64,000 nt of DNA. Source: an uncultured Eubacteriales bacterium. GTDB lineage: Bacteria; Bacillota; Clostridia; TANB77; CAG-508. Position 1 is the stretch's first letter; every line of letters begins with the position of its first letter. Below the pieces are notes generated by a model. It had not been told where the DNA came from. It worked only from the letters and a program-made list of their open reading frames with translations, and searched no databases. Shown one piece after another: positions 19,314 to 28,508 of this stretch. The translations under genes and the position numbers were made by a program. The stretch is from NCBI GenBank assembly GCA_905203305.1, contig CAJKVH010000002.1, positions 90,125 through 154,124 of the forward strand. The letters run 5' to 3'.

Positions 19314-21536
19314 TCACATCATATTATTAGGATTTACATCCACACTAATTTTTGTATTTTTTAAATTCATATTATAAACATTTTGTAAACACTTATTTAA
19401 AATAATTGTTACTTCTTCTGTTACATTACCTTTTGCTATCATTCTCCATCTTATTTTATTTTGAATTTTATCTATTGGAGCTGGCATCGGCTGAAACACA
19501 TTTATTTGGTATTTTTCTAAATTTGGCTTTAATATATTAAACATATATTCACTTATATTTTTTATTTCGTTTTCATTTTCTCCAGAAAATCCAATTAATA
19601 TTATATCGCAAAATGGTGGATATTTCAACTGTTTTCTTAATTCTATCTCTGTTTTAAAAAACATATCATAATCTTGAATTTTTGCACACTCAATAGGAAA
19701 AGCATTTGGATTATATGTTTGAATTATAACTTTTCCAGGTAATTTTTCACGTCCTGCTCTTCCTGCGACTTGTGTTAGTATTTGAAATGTTTTTTCATTT
19801 GCTCTATAATCATCTTGATTTAATGATCCATCAGCTGCAATTACGCCAACTAATGTAACATTTGGAAAATGATGTCCTTTTACAACCATTTGTGTTCCAA
19901 TTAAAATATCAATATTTTCTTCTTTAAATTTTTTTAATATTTCTTCATGTGAATTCTTTTTAGTTACAGTATCTACATCCATTCTTATTGTTGTACTTTC
20001 AGGAAATTGTTTTTTTATTTCTTGTTCAAGTTTTTGAGTTCCTGTACCAAAGTATCTTATTTTTTCACTACCACATTCTGGGCAAACATTTACTGGTCTT
20101 TGAGTATGTCCGCAATAATGGCATTTTAATATATTTTTTGTTATATGGTATGTTAAACTTATATTACAGTTAGGACATTTTAGTGTATATCCACAATTTC
20201 TGCACATTATGAAAGTTGAATATCCTCTTCTATTCAAAAACAATATTGTTTGTTTTTTTTCTTTTAGATTTTTTTCAATTTCTGAGTATAACAAATTACT
20301 TATCATTGACCTATTTCCAGTTGCAAGTTCAAATTTCAAATCTACAACTTCTACACTTGGTAAACTAGAATTATTAGCCCTTTTAGTTAATTTTAATAAT
20401 GTTGTATTTCCATTTTCTGTATCATAAAATGTTCTTAAATCTGGCGTTGCACTTCCTAAAACTAACGGAACTAAATTGTTACTTGCAATTTTTTCTGCAA
20501 CCTCTTTTGCTGAGTATCTTGGACTAGATTCAGATTTATAAGAACTATCATGTTCTTCATCTATTATAATTACTCCTAAATTGCTACAAGGTGCAAATAT
20601 TGCAGATCTTGCCCCTATTACAATTTTAGCTTCGCCATTTTTTATTCTTTCCCACTCATCATGTCTTTCTCCAATAGACAACTTACTATGTAAAACAGCA
20701 ATTTTTTCTTTTCCAAATCTCCCAATAAATCTATCTAACATTTGTGGAGTTAATGATATTTCTGGAACTAACACAATAGCACTTTTATTTTGAATTATTG
20801 CTTTTTCAATCAACTGTAAATAAATTTCCGTTTTTCCAGAACCTGTAATTCCATAAATCAAAAATTTTTCATATCTATTTTCATCCATTGATTTTTCTAT
20901 TTTCTTATAAGCATCTTCTTGTTCTTCATTTAATACAAGTTTTTTATTATTGTCTATTTTTTTATTAGCCAATGGATTCCTATCTATTTTTTCATTTACA
21001 ATTTTAAGTATTCCTCTATTTACAAGTGAATTTACCGTACTTCTAGAAATCTCCGCAAATGTTTCAATTTCTGGTATTGTTAATCCTTCATTATTTTTAA
21101 TAAATTCTATTAATTTTTTTTGTTTTTCTCCTCTTAAACTATCAATATTAATTTCTTCTACCTGTTTATTCAAATATATATAATTCAAAGTTTTATCCTT
21201 TGTTCTATCATCTTTATTTTTAGATCTTGTACCTGGTGTAAGCATTAATTTTATACATTCTGATACATTACAAAAATATTTTCTTGCCATCCATCTTGCA
21301 AGCTCTATTTTTTCTGGTGGCAAGTTTTCTTCTAACCCTGCTATTTTTTTCACTTCATAATCTGATTTTTCTTTTATTTTCAAGATATAACCTTGTTCTA
21401 AAGTTTTAAAGTTCCCAAATGGTACTAAAACCCTACTTCCTACATCTACAATGTCTTCTAATTCTTTTGGTATTTCGTAGTCAAATTTTCTATTTAGTTT
21501 TTTTGCTTTACTATCAATTATTATTTCTGCTACCAT
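19314..21536 (-). CDS. priA: primosomal protein N' (PriA helicase)
   Basis: 740 aa with Walker A GITGSGKTE, a DEEH box, and Cys4 zinc-binding motifs. Confidence 0.85.
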   Translation of the reverse strand: MVAEIIIDSKAKKLNRKFDYEIPKELEDIVDVGSRVLVPFGNFKTLEQGYILKIKEKSDYEVKKIAGLEENLPPEKIELARWMARKYFCNVSECIKLMLTPGTRSKNKDDRTKDKTLNYIYLNKQVEEINIDSLRGEKQKKLIEFIKNNEGLTIPEIETFAEISRSTVNSLVNRGILKIVNEKIDRNPLANKKIDNNKKLVLNEEQEDAYKKIEKSMDENRYEKFLIYGITGSGKTEIYLQLIEKAIIQNKSAIVLVPEISLTPQMLDRFIGRFGKEKIAVLHSKLSIGERHDEWERIKNGEAKIVIGARSAIFAPCSNLGVIIIDEEHDSSYKSESSPRYSAKEVAEKIASNNLVPLVLGSATPDLRTFYDTENGNTTLLKLTKRANNSSLPSVEVVDLKFELATGNRSMISNLLYSEIEKNLKEKKQTILFLNRRGYSTFIMCRNCGYTLKCPNCNISLTYHITKNILKCHYCGHTQRPVNVCPECGSEKIRYFGTGTQKLEQEIKKQFPESTTIRMDVDTVTKKNSHEEILKKFKEENIDILIGTQMVVKGHHFPNVTLVGVIAADGSLNQDDYRANEKTFQILTQVAGRAGREKLPGKVIIQTYNPNAFPIECAKIQDYDMFFKTEIELRKQLKYPPFCDIILIGFSGENENEIKNISEYMFNILKPNLEKYQINVFQPMPAPIDKIQNKIRWRMIAKGNVTEEVTIILNKCLQNVYNMNLKNTKISVDVNPNNMM

Positions 21537-21643
21537 TTATGTTCCTCTCTTTTTATGTAGAAACCGCTTCTATAAAAAACAGAAACGGTTTTTATATTGA
21601 TAATTTTATCATAATATATTTCTTTTATCAAATTTAAAACTTT

Positions 21644-21666
21644 AGGCCAGATAAAACATCTGGCCT
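21644..21666 (-). terminator. terminator hairpin downstream of the 21679-22707 ORF
   Basis: aggccag-ataaaacat-ctggcct with flanking T/A runs. Confidence 0.5.
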
Positions 21667-21678
21667 CTTACTTAATAA

Positions 21679-22707
21679 TTACAATATTCTAAGTTCTTTT
21701 TCAAAAACACCCGCTCCTACGTAAATAAGTGCTGTAAGCATGTCTATACCTGTAAATTTTGCAGCATATCTCCATGCCTTATCAAAAACTTTATTATGTT
21801 TTTCCATCAAATATATAGTCATCTCTTTCCAAAGCAAAATATAGTCTGATGCAAATTCGAGTTCAAAGTTTTCATCTTTCATTATTTTTGTTATTACATT
21901 TTTTCTTCTTAAATTCTTTCTGATCTCTCCTTTTTGTTTTCTATTTTCAAGTTCTTCAATTATAAATTTGCTTTTTGCATAATAGTTTAAAAATTTGTAA
22001 AAATTTTCTTTATCAACTTCCATTTGGAAATAATTCACCCTCAAGTTAAACTTCGTCAATCCATAGAACCTAGCATCTGGCATAGTAAAAATATTAATAA
22101 TGTCATTTTGCAGATCCAAAATATCTTCATTATCAATATCAACTTCCATACTAACTTTTCCATTTTTTATTAAACTTATTTTAATGACTTTATTTCCTTT
22201 TGCGCTTTCAAAATACATTTTTTTAGGTATTCCGTCAATTCTTTTAATTCCATATAAATTTCTAAGAACTAATTCTGTTTCTTTGTCTGTTTGACTAAGA
22301 ACTTCTTCTACTGGTCGTTCTATCCAACACGTTTTCATATCTATTTCCGTTTTTATTGTGTCTGCCTTTTTCATTGCTTTTTCAAGCATATTAATAATAT
22401 TTTTACGGCCTGTATTATGTCCTATTTTTAATTTTACATTCCGATAGTTCAAAATTACAAAATCTAAATTACAAAAAACACTTTCTTTACGAAATATTCT
22501 TGATACAACAAAAGCTACTCTTGGTATTGTTTCCTGATGTTTAAATTGCATTTCCATTATTCCATCTTCATAATTTGATACTTTAAATCTAGTTTTTACC
22601 CATTCGTTTTTTTCTACATCATTTAAGAAGTATGCATAAAAAATAAATGATAAATCTTTAGCCACACCTTCAAACCAAAATTTTACTTCTTTTCTCCATT
22701 TCCGCAT
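21679..22707 (-). CDS. hypothetical protein (342 aa)
   Basis: Long intact ORF with no motif I can assign. It sits immediately beside the IS element. Confidence 0.4.
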   Translation of the reverse strand: MRKWRKEVKFWFEGVAKDLSFIFYAYFLNDVEKNEWVKTRFKVSNYEDGIMEMQFKHQETIPRVAFVVSRIFRKESVFCNLDFVILNYRNVKLKIGHNTGRKNIINMLEKAMKKADTIKTEIDMKTCWIERPVEEVLSQTDKETELVLRNLYGIKRIDGIPKKMYFESAKGNKVIKISLIKNGKVSMEVDIDNEDILDLQNDIINIFTMPDARFYGLTKFNLRVNYFQMEVDKENFYKFLNYYAKSKFIIEELENRKQKGEIRKNLRRKNVITKIMKDENFELEFASDYILLWKEMTIYLMEKHNKVFDKAWRYAAKFTGIDMLTALIYVGAGVFEKELRIL

Positions 22708-22849
22708 AATAATTTCTCCTTTTCTTATTATAATTATTGTTATTTTTACGGTAAATTGAACAATACAATTTACATAAATCTGTAAAATATCTTTTTTATT
22801 TTAACATAATTATTTAAAAAGGTCAATTAATGATAAAGTAATAATTAAC

Positions 22850-24413
22850 CACCAGCCTAGCTCAATGTCAACAACTTAAGAAAAAGAAGAAGTTTTTATA
22901 TAAAATTTCTTCTTTTTTTGATATAATTTAAGCAGGGGTACGAATGAAAAATGATATAAAATATAGATATAATATTTTAAGAAATTTTATTTATGATGAT
23001 AATACAAGAAAAAAATGTAGATTAGATAATAAGAAATATGAAAACAGCTTTAGCCGAAAAAGAAAATTACCATTTTATAATATACTTTTGATGACATTAA
23101 ATAAACAAGGAAAAAATGTATCCTTTGAAATAAGAGATTTTGAATTAAATAAAAAAGGAGAAAAATGCGTGAATTATAGTGATGAAGCATATTTAAAACA
23201 AAGAAGAATATTAAATCCAGATATATTTAAAGAAATGAAAAATCTATATTTAAAAGATTTTTATTCCAAACCAAAATATATAAAAAAGAAAAATGGATAT
23301 ATATTATGTGCAATAGATGGTTCTAAAATAGAAATACCAAACACACCATTAAACAGAGAAATTTTTGGAAGTGAAGGAAATCAACATAAAAGAAAAATAG
23401 CTAGAGCATTGTTATCTGGAATTTACGATGTAGAAAATCACTTTTTTTTAGATGTAGAAATAGATAGAGTAGATAGTAATGAAACACGATTAGCCAAAAA
23501 GAATATTGAAACCATTCAAGAAATAATAGGAAAAAATAAAGAAATAATAATATTTGATAGAGGATATCCATCAATAGAGTTATTTAATTGGCTAGAAAAA
23601 CAAGGAAAGAAATTTGTAATGAGATTAAGTAGTAATGATTATATAAAAGAAAAAGAAGAGATGACAACAGAAGATGAATTTATTATAATAAGATATACGT
23701 ATCCTAGACAAAATAAAATCAAGAAAACAAATCCAGAATTTTATGAAGAAATAAAAAATAAAATAGGTATAGAATTAAGGATAACCAAAATAGAAATAAA
23801 TGAAAAGACAACAGAATATTTAATATCAAACTTAGACAAAAATGAGTTTTGTAAGGATGATCTAAAAGAAATATATAAGAAAAGATGGCAAATAGAAATA
23901 TCATATAATAGCATAAAAAACAAATTAAAAATAGAAGAATTTACAGGGAACTTGTCTCAATTTATATATCAAGATATCTATGCCCAAATAGTAGTCTATA
24001 ATCAGATACAAGATATGCTATATACCGGAAGAAAAGAAATAAAATCCCCTAAAGGAAAAGATTATAAAATTAATGAAGGAAAAGCAATAGGAATATTTAA
24101 AGAAAAATACATAAAAATAATGTTAATAAAAGACAAAAGAAAAGCAATAAAAGAATTAGATTTATTAGAAAAAGAAATAGAAAAATATGTATCAATAGTA
24201 CGAAAAAATAGAAAAAGTAGTGTACGAGAATGGTCGCCAAGTAATAAGTATAGAACTAATTATAAAACAAGTTTTTAAAAAATGTACTATATAAAATAGG
24301 ACTTTTGCGTTCATTTTTCTAAAAATTTATAATAAACAAAAAATAGTGCAATTAATTAATTCAGTAATTACACTATTTTTTTCTTAAGTTGTTGACATTG
24401 AGCCTAGCTGGTG
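22850..24413 (+). mobile_element. IS4-family insertion sequence (~1.56 kb) with ~31-bp imperfect terminal inverted repeats
   Basis: Left end caccagcctagctcaatgtcaacaacttaag (22850-) pairs with right end cttaagttgttgacattgagcctagctggtg (-24413), which are reverse complements apart from a 2-nt swap. The ends enclose a single DDE transposase ORF. No clear target-site duplication is visible. Confidence 0.75.
22944..24278 (+). CDS. IS4-family DDE transposase
   Basis: 444 aa with DDE-type motifs (…IIFDRGY…, …YKKRWQIEISYNSIK… of the YREK type). Confidence 0.75.
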   Translation: MKNDIKYRYNILRNFIYDDNTRKKCRLDNKKYENSFSRKRKLPFYNILLMTLNKQGKNVSFEIRDFELNKKGEKCVNYSDEAYLKQRRILNPDIFKEMKNLYLKDFYSKPKYIKKKNGYILCAIDGSKIEIPNTPLNREIFGSEGNQHKRKIARALLSGIYDVENHFFLDVEIDRVDSNETRLAKKNIETIQEIIGKNKEIIIFDRGYPSIELFNWLEKQGKKFVMRLSSNDYIKEKEEMTTEDEFIIIRYTYPRQNKIKKTNPEFYEEIKNKIGIELRITKIEINEKTTEYLISNLDKNEFCKDDLKEIYKKRWQIEISYNSIKNKLKIEEFTGNLSQFIYQDIYAQIVVYNQIQDMLYTGRKEIKSPKGKDYKINEGKAIGIFKEKYIKIMLIKDKRKAIKELDLLEKEIEKYVSIVRKNRKSSVREWSPSNKYRTNYKTSF

Positions 24414-24560
24414 TTTTTTCAAATTCGCCCATAGGGGTTTTCTACTAGCTACGTCTAAAGACGTACTTTTCGCTGAAGCTTTCCCGAACTCCCAGACTAT
24501 CTGGGGTTTTCTAAAATCGAAAAACCTCAAGCATATCTTACGAACTGCTTGAGGTTCTTA

Positions 24561-24649
24561 TGGTGCAGATGGCCGGAATCGAACCGGCACGGTTTATTCA
24601 ACCGCAGGATTTTAAGTCCTGTGCGTCTACCAGTTCCGCCACATCTGCA
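24561..24649 (-). tRNA. tRNA-Leu (anticodon UAA), type II with long variable arm
   Basis: The reverse complement tgcagatgtggcggaactggtagacgcacaggacttaaaatcc…ggttcgattccggccatctgcacca shows a 7-bp acceptor stem, an anticodon loop cuUAAaa, a long variable arm, T-arm GGTTCGATTCC, and a 3' CCA. A hairpin terminator (cctcaagca…tgcttgagg) lies just 3' of it. Confidence 0.85.
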
Positions 24650-24810
24650 TTTATAACTGGTATATGTCCTAACGACATTGTGTATTATATTATTTATTTA
24701 TGAATTTGTCAATACTAAATTCAAAATTTTTTCAACAAATTTCAAAAAAATTTGAGGCTTTAAAGATAAATCTTTTTAGCCTCTTTTTTACAAAAATATT
24801 ATTAATTTCA

Positions 24811-25386
24811 TTATGTATTTTCTGAAGCATTTCCTCCATCGAAAGGAATAAATTTGCTAACAACACTTTCTTTTACTGTATCATTTGATCTAAATGTTAT
24901 AAATGAATTATTTATTTTGTTATCAACAATTTCTTCCATTTCATCTTTGTTTGAATGTTCTGCTAATACTAATTCACTAACTAGAATTTGTTTTGCATTT
25001 GTTAACATTTTCTTTTCTCCGGTAGATAATCCTTTTTCTTTTTGTTTAAAACTTAAGTTTCTTACTACATCTGCTATCTCGTAAATATCTCCACTTTTTA
25101 ATTTATCCATATTATCTCTATATCTTTTATTCCAGTTTTTATTCATCTCTGTTTCATCATGTTCTAAAACTTCAAAGACTTTATCTGCTGAACCTTTATC
25201 TATAATAGATCTTACCCCTACTTGCTCTGCCTTTGCTATTGGTACCATAACCTTAACTTCTCCAGGCATTTTTAAAATGTAGTATGATTGTTTTTCTCCT
25301 AAGACATCTTTTTCTTCTATTGAATCAATTGTTCCTGCTCCGTGCATTGGATATACTATTTTGTCTCCTATATTAAACATCTGCAA
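24811..25386 (-). CDS. carD: CarD-family transcriptional regulator (CdnL-like)
   Basis: N-terminal CarD_TRCF/RNAP-interacting domain (MFNIGDKIVYPMHGAGTID…). Confidence 0.75.
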   Translation of the reverse strand: MQMFNIGDKIVYPMHGAGTIDSIEEKDVLGEKQSYYILKMPGEVKVMVPIAKAEQVGVRSIIDKGSADKVFEVLEHDETEMNKNWNKRYRDNMDKLKSGDIYEIADVVRNLSFKQKEKGLSTGEKKMLTNAKQILVSELVLAEHSNKDEMEEIVDNKINNSFITFRSNDTVKESVVSKFIPFDGGNASENT

Positions 25387-25552
25387 TCTCTCCCTTCACT
25401 TATTTATGTTAACAAACAATTGTATCTCTATGTCATCAACAATTCTATTATACTACAAATTACCGGAAAAGTCAAAATTTTCTAAAAACACTTTTAAGAC
25501 TGATATTATGTGAATTACAGCTATTTTTGCCTTTTATTTCCAAAAATTTTTT

Positions 25553-26377
25553 TTATATTTTTTTCATTTCTACAGAATTTATAATATTATCAATTAATAA
25601 GCTATTTGTTACAACACCTATTCCACCTGGTACTGGTGTTACTGCATACGCTTTATCTTTGACATCTTCAAAATCTACATCTCCAACCATTTTGCCATTT
25701 TCAAAATTTATTCCTACATCAAGTATTATTGCATTTTCTTTGATCATTTCTTTTTTTAAGAATTTAGCTTTTCCTATTGCCATTATTACTACATCTGATT
25801 CTTTTAAAATTTCATTCATATTTTGGGTTTTAGAATGACAAATAGTTACTGTAGCATTTTTATTTAATAATTGTGGTATCAATGGCTTTCCAACAATATT
25901 ACTTCTTCCAACTACTGTTACTTTTTTTCCTGTTAGGTCTATATTGTAAAAGTCTAATGTTTCTATAACCGCTTTACTTGTACAAGGAATATTTACATCT
26001 TTTTCTCCTACAAATAATTTTCCCATATTTAGATTACTTACACCTTCAACATCTTTTTCAGCTGGAATTTCATTTATTAATTTAGATATTTCTTTTGGTA
26101 ATGGTTGTTGAAACATTATTCCCGTAATATTCTCATCATTTTTTATTTCTTCAAAATTTCTTTTAAATTCTTCCTCATTAGATGCAAGTTTTAATGTAAA
26201 CCCTATTCCATAATTATTACAATTTTTTTCTATTCTTTTTATATATGTAAGACTTGCACTATCTCCTTCTATTCCTAATACTGCAATATGTGGCTTTTTT
26301 GTTAAATTTTCAACTCTCTTATTAAAATTCTTCTTTATGTTTTCTGCAACACTTTTTCCTTCTAATAAAATTTCCAT
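25553..26377 (-). CDS. folD: bifunctional methylenetetrahydrofolate dehydrogenase / methenyl-THF cyclohydrolase
   Basis: 274 aa with a C-terminal …VTPVPGGIGVVT… motif. Confidence 0.85.
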   Translation of the reverse strand: MEILLEGKSVAENIKKNFNKRVENLTKKPHIAVLGIEGDSASLTYIKRIEKNCNNYGIGFTLKLASNEEEFKRNFEEIKNDENITGIMFQQPLPKEISKLINEIPAEKDVEGVSNLNMGKLFVGEKDVNIPCTSKAVIETLDFYNIDLTGKKVTVVGRSNIVGKPLIPQLLNKNATVTICHSKTQNMNEILKESDVVIMAIGKAKFLKKEMIKENAIILDVGINFENGKMVGDVDFEDVKDKAYAVTPVPGGIGVVTNSLLIDNIINSVEMKKI

Positions 26378-26424
26378 TTGCTTCTCCTTTTCTTATGTGT
26401 GCTTAAATTCCATTATACATGTTT

Positions 26425-26739
26425 CTATTTACTCTTAAATATGGAAATATCACTCACAACTACTTTATATTTTTCTAAAAAACCTTTTATCATAATTTTA
26501 TCATTAATGTCAAGTTTTTGATAGATAAAATCTGCAATTTCATTATATGCTACAACTTTTATCTCTTCTTTTTCTTGTTGTTTAGAGCTTTTAAAACCAC
26601 TTTCTGTTTTTAATAAAAATTCTATTTTTGATATTAATTTTTTGCTATTGTAAAAAAATTTAAAATCTGGTTCCGAAATTATCGTACCAGATACAAAACA
26701 TATATTTATATTCTTATTTATAGTATATTCTTCGTCCAT
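26425..26739 (-). CDS. hypothetical protein (104 aa)
   Basis: Intact ORF between folD and the DGR template repeat. No assignable motif. Confidence 0.35.
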   Translation of the reverse strand: MDEEYTINKNINICFVSGTIISEPDFKFFYNSKKLISKIEFLLKTESGFKSSKQQEKEEIKVVAYNEIADFIYQKLDINDKIMIKGFLEKYKVVVSDISIFKSK

Positions 26740-26900
26740 ATTACTTTTCTTTCTATATTTTTAGATTACTATATTTTCGATAACTACTAATACCTCATCT
26801 ATGATTCTATTTTTACCATTTAAGGATGGAGTAATCCCCTTTAATATCTAATATTTCACTGTATATATTTCGTAAAATACATAATCTCGAATAATATTAG

Positions 26901-27018
26901 AGCACGACACGGAACCCGATGTTGATGTTGTACCAAGTAGCGTCATTGTTACCGTTGCGGTTAGAAACGGGATTGTTAGACCCGTTGTTATTGAAGCTAC
27001 CACCACGAAGGACGGCTC
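26901..27018 (-). repeat. DGR template repeat (TR), 118 bp
   Basis: Matches 28522-28639 at 107 of 118 positions. All 11 mismatches sit at plus-strand T, which is A in the coding (minus) sense. The coding-sense TR is AAC/AAT-rich (…FNNNGSNNPVSNRNGNNDATWYNINIGFRVV). Confidence 0.9.
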
Positions 27019-27080
27019 CCACAAGCATTATGAATTACCCCAATTCATTTTCTTCATATTCAAAATATTTACTCACAAAG

Positions 27081-28061
27081 TTATATGTATTTGCATATTT
27101 TAAATATCCGGAAATGGCCACATAGGTGTTTTTTTGCTTCTTTTGAAGTTATTTCACCATTTTTTATTTTTAATTTTAATTTTTTTATATTTTTCTTTAT
27201 TCTTTTTTTTCCTTTTGTTCTTAGTTTCATTCTGTATTCATTTATTTTGTATCCACAAAAGTTAACCCCTTGTTTAGATTTAAATATATTTGTTTTAGAA
27301 TTAAAGCTTAAGTATAATTCTTCATTTATAAATTTTTCAATTTTACTTTTTATTTCTTTTAATTCTTCTTTATTTTGCATAAGTATAATGCTATCGTCCA
27401 TATATCTATAATAATATTTAACTTTCAATTTATGTTTTATATATTGATCTGCTTCGTTATAGTATACATTTGCAAATATTTGACTTGTTAAGTTTCCAAT
27501 AGGTATTCCCACTTCTTCTCTTTTTGAGTATATTATTTCTCGTAATAGCCATAATACATTTTCATCTTTTATTTTTCTTTCAATTATTTCATAAAGCTTT
27601 TCTTTATTTATACTTGCAAAATATTTTGCTATATCCATTTTTAAAATATAGTATTCGCCATATTTCTTTTTACATTTTTTCATTCCTTGCTGTACAGCTA
27701 AAGCTGCCCTATGCATTCCTTTGTTCTTTATGCAGGCATAAGATGTATCTATAAATTGTGGTACAAATGTATCTATCAAAAAACTATCTACAACCCATCT
27801 ATGTACAACTCTATCAATATAAGCCGAAGCTTCTACTTTTCTTAGCTTCGGCTCTGTTACATAAAATGATGTATAACCTCCATGTTTATATGTTTTTGTC
27901 ATAAGTCTTTCATATAGCCACATTATATATTCTTCTTGTTTAAGGTTAAATCTTACTATATTTTTCCTTGTTGTTTTTCCAGATTGGCTTTTTTTATGTG
28001 CATCCATTAGTTTATCAAATGTTAGATATTTATAATATACATTTCTAATTGTTTTTGGCAT
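27081..28061 (-). CDS. diversity-generating retroelement reverse transcriptase
   Basis: 326 aa with the RT motif YRYMDDSII (YxDD). The DGR-RT signature IPIGNLTSQIFANVY is present, and the N-terminal …FYVTEPKLRKVEASAYIDRVVHRW… resembles DGR RTs. Confidence 0.9.
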   Translation of the reverse strand: MPKTIRNVYYKYLTFDKLMDAHKKSQSGKTTRKNIVRFNLKQEEYIMWLYERLMTKTYKHGGYTSFYVTEPKLRKVEASAYIDRVVHRWVVDSFLIDTFVPQFIDTSYACIKNKGMHRAALAVQQGMKKCKKKYGEYYILKMDIAKYFASINKEKLYEIIERKIKDENVLWLLREIIYSKREEVGIPIGNLTSQIFANVYYNEADQYIKHKLKVKYYYRYMDDSIILMQNKEELKEIKSKIEKFINEELYLSFNSKTNIFKSKQGVNFCGYKINEYRMKLRTKGKKRIKKNIKKLKLKIKNGEITSKEAKKHLCGHFRIFKICKYI

Positions 28062-28425
28062 AATATTTAATTAATCCTCCTAAAATTGCACCAACCTCTC
28101 TTATTAATGTATTCATAACATAATCAAATCTTTTTGTATCAATCCACTTATTTTTCTTCATTATTCTAAGCAATGCTCTTTGAATATTTAATCCAGCATC
28201 AATTCTATTCAAATAATATATTCTTTCTTTTGTTGATACTTTTTCTATGAACATAATATTTTTAAAAGTGTCATACATGACACTTTTAAATTCTGTTCCT
28301 ATACTAAATTTTTCTGTTCTTGGCAAATGTAATAAAATTACTTCTAACATATATTCCATATAAAATTCATATTTTGGAATTAGTGTTAATTCTTTGCTTT
28401 TTTTCTCATAAGACATTATTTCCAT
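28045..28425 (-). CDS. avd: DGR accessory variability determinant (Avd)
   Basis: 126-aa basic helical protein encoded between target and RT, overlapping the RT start by 17 nt. Confidence 0.7.
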   Translation of the reverse strand: MEIMSYEKKSKELTLIPKYEFYMEYMLEVILLHLPRTEKFSIGTEFKSVMYDTFKNIMFIEKVSTKERIYYLNRIDAGLNIQRALLRIMKKNKWIDTKRFDYVMNTLIREVGAILGGLIKYYAKNN

Positions 28426-28508
28426 TTTTGTTTTTCCTAATTTATGTTTTTTCTTTCATCTCTATACCTTCAAGTTTTTCTGTTCTAGGCTTTCAGGCTA
28501 CAGTGCTA

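Noticed and set aside
22840-24425. A target-site duplication flanking the IS element.
   Set aside because: The flanks (…aataattaac and ttttttcaaa…) share no direct repeat of 3 bp or more.
26919-27125. ORF 26919-27125 (+) overlapping the DGR template repeat, and ORF 29953-30171 (-) inside the target gene.
   Set aside because: The template repeat is a non-coding template. Both ORFs are short and frame-incidental.
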